Source of the DNA: Candidatus Poribacteria bacterium | Lineage (GTDB): Bacteria > Poribacteria > WGA-4E > WGA-3G | Length of the DNA stretch: 59,321 bases | Direction: 5' to 3' | Assembly: GCA_009843785.1 (NCBI GenBank) | Contig: VYCT01000135.1 | Location: forward strand, 1 to 59,321 | In this document: in pieces, positions 40,793 to 47,393 of the stretch | Position numbering within the stretch: position 1 is the first letter of the stretch | Layout of the letters: every line of letters begins with the position of its first letter | Notes under the pieces: model-generated | Database searches by the model: none | What the model saw: only the letters and a program-made list of their open reading frames with translations | Told to the model about the DNA's origin: nothing | Translations under genes and position numbers: made by a program

Positions 40793-41365
40793 ATGGCATC
40801 TGCTGCAGCACAAACTCGCCTAACCCCGGAAGAATATATCACTTTTGAGCGCAAGGCGCCCTTCAAAAACGAGTTTATCAAGGGAGAAATAGTTGCGATG
40901 TCTGGTGCCAGTCGCGCACACAATCGCATTACAGGGGATGTATTTAATGCGATTTCCAACCAATTAGTCGGTACCGAGTGTGAAGCTTTCATCGGCGATA
41001 TGCGCGTCAAGGCTGGCACGACAGCATCTTATTTCTACCCAGATGTAGTTGTTGCCTGTAATGAGCTCCGCTTTGAAGACGATGTTTTCGACACACTCCT
41101 CAACCCGATCATTGTTGTAGAGGTACTTTCACCTTCAACTGAAACCGACGACCAAGGTGAAAAATTCAATCGTTATCGGCAGCTGACATCCTTGCAAGAA
41201 TACATCCTTATTTCACAAGATAAAGTACGCGTTGAACATTATCTCCGCCGAGAAACGGAGTGGATTCCAACAGAATTCCGTGAACTTACAGACGTGCTAC
41301 CGCTTATTTCCATTGACTGCACATTGCCACTGCAAGACATCTATAGACGTGTTACATTGTCATAG
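40793..41365 (+). CDS. Uma2 family endonuclease (DUF820)
   Basis: EFIKGEIVAMSG, YPDVVV, VEVLSPST, LQEYILISQD; GGAGG RBS before MASAA. Confidence 0.9.
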   Translation: MASAAAQTRLTPEEYITFERKAPFKNEFIKGEIVAMSGASRAHNRITGDVFNAISNQLVGTECEAFIGDMRVKAGTTASYFYPDVVVACNELRFEDDVFDTLLNPIIVVEVLSPSTETDDQGEKFNRYRQLTSLQEYILISQDKVRVEHYLRRETEWIPTEFRELTDVLPLISIDCTLPLQDIYRRVTLS

Positions 41366-41500
41366 TAGCCCCGCCTAAAGGCAGGGGGCTTGTTAAGAAA
41401 CAAACCCTATCGGTCTACCGATAAGTTTCTCGTTTCACAGAGGTTGGTAACCCAACGCTCTCCACGATGGGCGCAAGCCGCCCGTAAGAGTATGTTTATC
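41340..41500 (-). ncRNA. Predicted TnpB omegaRNA/reRNA (scaffold overlapping tnpB 3' end, guide AAUGUAACACGUCUAUAG from flank)
   Basis: Inferred from established TnpB locus architecture and the right-end hairpin; 5' boundary is a guess. Confidence 0.5.
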
Positions 41501-42621
41501 GCAGCGTTGTGGTCTCGGTCTAAGGACGTGCCACAAAAACTACAATCAAAAGTGCGTATCGCCAGCGAAAGTTTCTTTGGCGACTTCTGACCGCAACTTG
41601 AGCATGTTTGCGAGGTGTTCTTGGGATTGACTTGGTGGAAATGGAAACCGTCTCTTTCGGCTATGTTTCCAGCCCACTCAAAGAACTTCCCCCAAGACGC
41701 GTCGGATATGCTCTTGCTGAGGTGTTTGTTCTGAACCATGTTGGAAATGCCCAAGTCTTCAGTGACAAGGACGTTATTTTTCTCATGATGGAAAAGTTTG
41801 AAAACCAATTTACCGATAAAGTCTTTGCGTTTGTTAGTCGTCTTTTCGTGGTGCAACGCAGTCGCATGCACGGCTTTCTGCCAACGCTGGCTACCTCTCT
41901 TTCGGCGTGCCATTGTCTGATTGTGCTTGTGCAGCAGTCCTTCTGCTTGACGATACCAGCAGGGGTTATCTTCCTTTTCGCCTTCAGAGGTCGTCAGATA
42001 ATGTGCCGTGCCAACGTCAACTGCAACAGCGTCTGTCGGTTCAACTTTTGGCGTATCGGGTATATCGCAAACGATATGGGCATACCAACCCGACGCTTTC
42101 TTGAGGAGTGTGACTTCCTTCGGATCACCTTGAAGTGGACGGTGCATGCGTATCTTGACTTCACCAAGTTTTGGCACTTTCAAGCGATTATGGCGAAAAT
42201 CCGTTTCTATTATCGGATTTTGCCGGACACGTTTGACGCCACCTGTCTCTTTATCCTTGACTTTGTGTTTTCGCAAGCACCACGTCAGAGAACGCACACG
42301 CGTTTTGTAGCGAGGGTAGCCCTTTTTCTCTGCCCCTTCTTTGCAACGTCTGCGGAACGCATCAAAGGCTTTGTCAACGCGCTTGAGGACAGAAACTTGG
42401 AAATCTTGAGGCACTTCACGGAAGTCGTCATATTTTTCACGCGCTGCCGTCAAAAGAGCCTGTTGCTCACCTTGAGAAACAAAACGTCCTTCTTCCTCGT
42501 AGGCATGCTTACGATTGTTGCGGGCAGAGTTCTGAAGTTCGCAAAGGTGATCTAACCAACTTAATAATGTTGTTTCCTGTGTTTTCGTAGGATACACAGG
42601 GTATTTAAAAGTGAGTTTCAT
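41407..42621 (-). CDS. tnpB: TnpB RNA-guided endonuclease
   Basis: N-terminal HTH (FKYPVYPT), RuvC-I AVDVG, RuvC-II VTEDL, Zn finger CSSC/CSFC, RuvC-III DRDHNAAIN; D-E-D intact. Confidence 0.95.
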   Translation of the reverse strand: MKLTFKYPVYPTKTQETTLLSWLDHLCELQNSARNNRKHAYEEEGRFVSQGEQQALLTAAREKYDDFREVPQDFQVSVLKRVDKAFDAFRRRCKEGAEKKGYPRYKTRVRSLTWCLRKHKVKDKETGGVKRVRQNPIIETDFRHNRLKVPKLGEVKIRMHRPLQGDPKEVTLLKKASGWYAHIVCDIPDTPKVEPTDAVAVDVGTAHYLTTSEGEKEDNPCWYRQAEGLLHKHNQTMARRKRGSQRWQKAVHATALHHEKTTNKRKDFIGKLVFKLFHHEKNNVLVTEDLGISNMVQNKHLSKSISDASWGKFFEWAGNIAERDGFHFHQVNPKNTSQTCSSCGQKSPKKLSLAIRTFDCSFCGTSLDRDHNAAINILLRAACAHRGERWVTNLCETRNLSVDR

Positions 42622-42717
42622 GGTATATCAGGCATCAGGCGTTTATCCCCTACTAAGTCGGAGGCAAGCACATTGCCAAGTGGCAACGCTTAGTATGCTT
42701 GCCAACCTGATACTCTA

Positions 42718-42746
42718 ATTATACTACAATTTGGACGGAATGTCAA
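42718..42746 (-). promoter_or_regulatory. Consensus sigma70 promoter for tnpB
   Basis: TTGACA-17 nt-TATAAT on the minus strand, about 100 nt upstream of the tnpB ATG. Confidence 0.8.
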
Positions 42747-42830
42747 AGATATTTTGGCGTTCTGGTCCTTTCTAAGAGGGCGGATTTTCCTCCCCCACTA
42801 AAGTAGGGGGTTTCCAATCTGTGAACTTTG

Positions 42831-44444
42831 ATGAGAACCTTTGGAACACAAGGCCGCGTGTATCCGAGCCGACACTACGTCGTCCCACGCACCGAGGAGA
42901 AGACAGAATTCATCAAACGCGTCAAAGAAGGACGCTATATTGTCCTTTTCGCACCGCGACAGACTGGCAAGACAACCTTCTTTCGATTGGCACTTGACAC
43001 ACTTGCCACCGAAGAGCCCAGTTACTTCCCAATCCAATTGAATTTTGAGGAGTACGAAGACTATACCGCTTCCGATTTTTACGCTAACCTTTACGAAGAT
43101 ATTCGCGAAGAAATAGAAACCGTTTTTCAGAAGCGAGAAGAAGCTCCCCCCAAAGCACTCATCCAATTTTTAGAAAATACAGCACTAACCGACCACGTTT
43201 CAATGCGAAGGTTCTTTACACATTTCGATAGTTTCCTACCAGACCATAGCGTCATTCTCATCATTGACGAGTTTGACGCTATTCCGCGCGAGGCACTCAA
43301 AGGTTTTCTGCATTCACTCCGCCGTATCTATCTCACCGATGAGAATCGGTGCCCTCACAGCGTGAGTATCATCGGTGTCAAGAGTATTACACAACTCAGT
43401 TATGATCGCTCTGTCTCTCCTTTCAATATCCAAGATGAGTTCAACTTGCCGAATTTCACCTTTGAACAGGTGCGTGAGCTGCTTGGGCAGTATACCGCAG
43501 AGGTTGGTCAGACCTTTGAGGAGGAAGTCATTGCATCTATTCACAGGCAAACTGCAGGGCAACCTGTGCTTGTCAATCACTTCGCCGAGATACTCACAGA
43601 GACCTTGGAGATTCCGAAAACCGAGCCGATTACGATGGCGCATTTTGCAACCGCACACACGCAGCTCCTTGAAGAGGACAGCGTCAACCTTAGGCATCTG
43701 CTGACCAATATCCGCAGAGATAGACGGTTTGAAACACTCCTGATGAAAATTGCTTCTTATGACATCGGGGTACGCTTTACACGCCGCAATGAAATCATGA
43801 ATGAACTTGCGACGTATGGTGTCATTAAAGAAGGAGTTGATGGGATGTGTGAGATTCTCAATCCGATCTATCACTACTGCATCCTACAAGCATTTAAACC
43901 GCTCGTAAATGGGCTTGAGAATGAATATCTCCCCGCAGACAACGTTGCAGGCTTTCAAGATTATCTGGCACCCCATGGAGATATTGACATGGTGACGCTA
44001 CTCAATAACTTCAAGGATTTCATTGCGCGTGCGGGTTTCCGTGTTTTACAAGTGCCAGATACACCCCAAGAGTTTATTGGACAGCACTTACTATTGGCAT
44101 ATCTTGATCAGTTTGTCCAACTTGTTGGTGGTGTAATGTATCTTGAAGTCCAAACAGGACGCGGACGGATGGATCTGCTTATTTACCATAATCGGAAAAA
44201 ATATATCGTTGAAACGAAGATTTGGGAGGGTGATAGGCGTTACCAAGCAGGCAAAAAACAGTTAGCAGCATACCTAAAGTTGGAAGGCACAAGGCAAGGA
44301 TACTATATCGTATTTGATCATCGTCAGGAGCCAGAGCCGCGCGTAGAAACAGAGACGATAGAGGGGATAACGATTCGGAGTTATGTCATTCCTGTCATCC
44401 AAGAACGCCCTTCAGACGAACATCATAGCAGTAGATACAAATAA
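42831..44444 (+). CDS. AAA-like ATPase / PD-(D/E)xK protein, paralog 2
   Basis: APRQTGKTT, LIIDEFD, GRMDLLI...IVETK. Confidence 0.85.
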   Translation: MRTFGTQGRVYPSRHYVVPRTEEKTEFIKRVKEGRYIVLFAPRQTGKTTFFRLALDTLATEEPSYFPIQLNFEEYEDYTASDFYANLYEDIREEIETVFQKREEAPPKALIQFLENTALTDHVSMRRFFTHFDSFLPDHSVILIIDEFDAIPREALKGFLHSLRRIYLTDENRCPHSVSIIGVKSITQLSYDRSVSPFNIQDEFNLPNFTFEQVRELLGQYTAEVGQTFEEEVIASIHRQTAGQPVLVNHFAEILTETLEIPKTEPITMAHFATAHTQLLEEDSVNLRHLLTNIRRDRRFETLLMKIASYDIGVRFTRRNEIMNELATYGVIKEGVDGMCEILNPIYHYCILQAFKPLVNGLENEYLPADNVAGFQDYLAPHGDIDMVTLLNNFKDFIARAGFRVLQVPDTPQEFIGQHLLLAYLDQFVQLVGGVMYLEVQTGRGRMDLLIYHNRKKYIVETKIWEGDRRYQAGKKQLAAYLKLEGTRQGYYIVFDHRQEPEPRVETETIEGITIRSYVIPVIQERPSDEHHSSRYK

Positions 44445-44516
44445 TAACTTACAGACATTCCGTTGATTTGCCAACGCCGTTTACAATCAAATAAGATTCA
44501 ATAGGGAGCGAAAACC

Positions 44517-45119
44517 GTGGCATTTAGCGATTTCAAGACAATCTCTGAAGTGCAGGAAAAATTCAGAATCACATACACCGAAGATGATTTTGTCAAAGCT
44601 GAACCATCATCTCCTTCAATCGAATTCCTGCAGGATTTTGAATTTACGCGAGAACATATTAATGTTTTTGCATCCGAAGCAGCACGTTGTGAGGCGATTA
44701 TCTTCCCGGTTCTAAAGGAAAGTTATAAAGCTTATGCCGATCGGTATGCCTTGTGGATAAAGCAATCCATCGCTTACGATGATGTCTTGAATGGGATACC
44801 AGACTACTTTATCTCTACCCGATCTGAATTAGGCAAAACCGTTGTTGGAAGTCCGTTGATACTCCTCGTTGAAGCAAAGAAAAACGACTTTGAGCAGGGG
44901 TGGGGTCAATGTCTGGCGGAGTTAGTCGCTGCCCAAAAGATAAACGATGATGCAGCTTTTCCCGTGTTCGGCATTGTTACTGATGGAACACTGTGGCAAT
45001 TCGGACGGCTTATCGGCGATACCTTCACCCAAAACAGAGCAGACTTTGCCTTAACCAATTTGCCTACACTTTTTGGGGCGGTTGATTCTGTGTTCAAAGC
45101 CGTAGATGATGTAAATTGA
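44517..45119 (+). CDS. Standalone PD-(D/E)xK protein resembling the HsdR N-terminal nuclease domain
   Basis: GIPDY...LVEAKK...GQC..EL...FGIVTDGTLWQF. Confidence 0.65.
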   Translation: MAFSDFKTISEVQEKFRITYTEDDFVKAEPSSPSIEFLQDFEFTREHINVFASEAARCEAIIFPVLKESYKAYADRYALWIKQSIAYDDVLNGIPDYFISTRSELGKTVVGSPLILLVEAKKNDFEQGWGQCLAELVAAQKINDDAAFPVFGIVTDGTLWQFGRLIGDTFTQNRADFALTNLPTLFGAVDSVFKAVDDVN

Positions 45120-45202
45120 AAAGCGTATGCGGGGCGGCATCATACGGTTTCCTACCACAATGTGAACTATGATTTCGGGATTATGGATAGCGTTATCGTC
45201 TG

Positions 45203-45243
45203 AATCGCGGATTCTCGCGGATGACGCTGATTTCGCGGATTTT
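45203..45243. repeat. Short degenerate 9-10-mer tandem repeat (CGCGGAT core)
   Basis: ATCGCGGATT CTCGCGGAT GACGCTGAT TTCGCGGAT. Confidence 0.5.
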
Positions 45244-45270
45244 AAGAGTCTTCTCATTTTGAGAGTCTCC

Positions 45271-45342
45271 AGTCCCGTAGGGACGGAATGTTTATAGAAA
45301 CAGCGTCATATCCCGACTCTTTAGCCCTGTAAGGGCGGCATG
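45271..45342. repeat. REP-like doublet related to the interior of MITE D (inverted)
   Basis: AGTCCCGTAGGGACGGAATGTTTATAGAAAC ... AGCCCTGTAAGGGCGGCATGT is the reverse-complement pattern of about 32620-32695. Confidence 0.65.
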
Positions 45343-45400
45343 TACAGATGTGTATGAAAGAACAACCAAGCCTCAGCGGGGCAACAAGTATCCGATTTCG

Positions 45401-45811
45401 CTATAACGATGAAATATTTCCGATTTGGGTAGATGAGGTAATTTTCGTAGGCTGCTCCCCCAACACAACAAGACAAGCACGCAACATATTTTCAACCTCT
45501 TGTCGTGTATCCTCACGCAATGGTCCTGAAAGTGCCGCACGATACAGGTTCACCGCTCGACTCGGATCCCCTGCCTTTTCATAACACGATGCCGCACTAA
45601 TTCGATGTATCGCACCCTCCAATTCACGACCGAGGACATCAAGCATCGGCGGAATATACTCTTCATAGTTGGCAGCGGATAACCAAAGCGGTTGCGCCGT
45701 TTCCGTCATACCAACTTCCCACAATGCTTGTGCTTCGGAAAGAATTTTTGATTTCCGGTGCATTGTCGCTTTGAGTGTCTTTGTGTAAGGTTTGGTTTTT
45801 GGGTTAGGCAT
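45401..45811 (-). CDS. Hypothetical helical (TPR-like) protein
   Basis: SAASCYEKAGDPSRAVNLYRAAL resembles a TPR helix pair; start uncertain. Confidence 0.55.
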   Translation of the reverse strand: MPNPKTKPYTKTLKATMHRKSKILSEAQALWEVGMTETAQPLWLSAANYEEYIPPMLDVLGRELEGAIHRISAASCYEKAGDPSRAVNLYRAALSGPLREDTRQEVENMLRACLVVLGEQPTKITSSTQIGNISSL

Positions 45812-45922
45812 GTACTTCCTTTTTTTTGATTTTTCTAATCGTCCAACCATCATATTGGTAGGCGCGACTTACAACCGCGCCCACCGTGTATTTCAAGGAA
45901 AATTGGAATTATATTTTGGATG

Positions 45923-47392
45923 TTACATATAATAACGGAATGAAGGATGCGGTTTACGGTTTGGCCCCACTTCCGCCATGATGCCACCAACTCTCCGAGA
46001 AAAAAAGAGAGTCACCGGATGGGCACTACTCATGCTTGCTGTATTCCAATTCATACGGGCGAGCCCGAGAATATCTGAGGCAACTTGATGCATGTCAACA
46101 TCATCGTCACTTACAAGTTTTACAGGAGCCGGAATGTGAGGGCCGGGATATGTCCGCCACTCAGGCATATAACCTGTGGTGAATAGATATGTGGTTGTCT
46201 TATTCACTGTGCAGAGAGTGCCTCTTCTCGGTGGATATGATCCATAAGTCAAGAGTCGAAACTGCGTCGGCATAATGTTAATTAATTCGACTATTGGAAT
46301 ATCGCGAAAACCGTGCCGAAATCCTTCTTTTTCTGCTTCGTCAAATCTTGATGTTTTATGAAGTACAACACGTTGTGGATTTCCACCTATACCATCCCGA
46401 TACTCTTGAAGAATTTGGTCAGCAAGTTTAACGGACTGTTCTACAGTAAGATGGACATTACGTTTCTGATTTGCATCCCAAGGAATAGCTTCTCCACGGA
46501 GTGCAAATCCTTCCCCGCGACTCGAAAATGCTTGTGCCAAACTTGAATAGACAAGGTGTTTGCTCGGGGTTCGCAAGTGATGAAAACTGATACCGACAAA
46601 GCAGGTTTCTGGTCCGTCTGCCTTAAACCGCCACGGTATTCCTCCACCTTTATAATAGAGCCCCACGCTCATGTTCCACGCTCGCGTTGCTGGATCTTGA
46701 TTGGTATCTTGATCTTCAAACAAATTACGAGTACCAATCTGAATTGGCATGTGAAATTTCATTGTTCGAGCCTTCAAAGCCCGCCTGAAATCCCGATTCA
46801 GCAGATCATCCTCGTTTTCTTCTATGTCCTGAAACAAAGATAGTTGTCCTTGTTCACGATTAGCTTGTCGTATCTTGATAAGTCTACGCTGCCTTGAAGT
46901 CAGAGATTTTGAGATACTCCAGCATGTTTGAACCACATCATTAGGCAAGCAACATAAGACAATATCGGGACGAATATTCGTGTTATCAGCTAATCTTTCA
47001 ACACCATCTGCATACATATCCAACACCGCTTCAAAGCGTGATTTTGGATCTTTCTTAAGGAAGGCTTCAAGCATACCGTTATTAATTTCTGCTTGCCATT
47101 GCCGGTCAAATATAAGTGAGGTATGGAAAGCCTCGTTAAACCCGGGAAAATCAAGATATTGCGTAGAATCTTTGATGTCGGAGGGAATAGGTGCGCGACA
47201 CTGATCGAGCCATTGTTGTGCTTTCTGTAGCATATCAGCGTTTCCAACGAGTCCAACGCGCATCTCCTTTTTCCGCGTAGCACCGAAACGGAGGTCAAAG
47301 GGGCCTGCCTCCGCAAGCCCTATTTTTGGATCTCTGAAGGTACCCGGCGAACCGAGCTCAATGCTCGGTATTGGTAATTGTGTAAGTGCCAT
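45923..47392 (-). CDS. Short prokaryotic Argonaute (MID-PIWI, catalytically inactive)
   Basis: DPKIGL..AGPFD start, MID motif FRRALK...PIQ...WN..VGLYYKGGGIPW, PIWI CFVGISF and VVLHKTS (no DEDX), TYPGPHIPAP, LARMNWN, C-terminal FRYYM; ATG 1 nt after partner stop. Confidence 0.92.
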   Translation of the reverse strand: MALTQLPIPSIELGSPGTFRDPKIGLAEAGPFDLRFGATRKKEMRVGLVGNADMLQKAQQWLDQCRAPIPSDIKDSTQYLDFPGFNEAFHTSLIFDRQWQAEINNGMLEAFLKKDPKSRFEAVLDMYADGVERLADNTNIRPDIVLCCLPNDVVQTCWSISKSLTSRQRRLIKIRQANREQGQLSLFQDIEENEDDLLNRDFRRALKARTMKFHMPIQIGTRNLFEDQDTNQDPATRAWNMSVGLYYKGGGIPWRFKADGPETCFVGISFHHLRTPSKHLVYSSLAQAFSSRGEGFALRGEAIPWDANQKRNVHLTVEQSVKLADQILQEYRDGIGGNPQRVVLHKTSRFDEAEKEGFRHGFRDIPIVELINIMPTQFRLLTYGSYPPRRGTLCTVNKTTTYLFTTGYMPEWRTYPGPHIPAPVKLVSDDDVDMHQVASDILGLARMNWNTASMSSAHPVTLFFSRRVGGIMAEVGPNRKPHPSFRYYM

Positions 47393-47393
47393 A

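Larger units (their letters stand above)
41359..42830 (-). mobile_element. Non-autonomous IS605/IS1341-type element carrying tnpB
   Basis: Right-end hairpin GCCCCGCC-TAAA-GGCAGGGGGC (41368-41389), left-end hairpin CCCCCAC-TAAA-GTAGGGGG (about 42792-42810); TCAT (minus strand) abuts the left end; joining the flanks restores a stop/start overlap. Confidence 0.82.

Noticed and set aside
41608-42555. 315-aa plus-strand ORF as a possible tnpA
   Set aside because: Antisense to tnpB; no HUH/Y1 or serine recombinase motifs.
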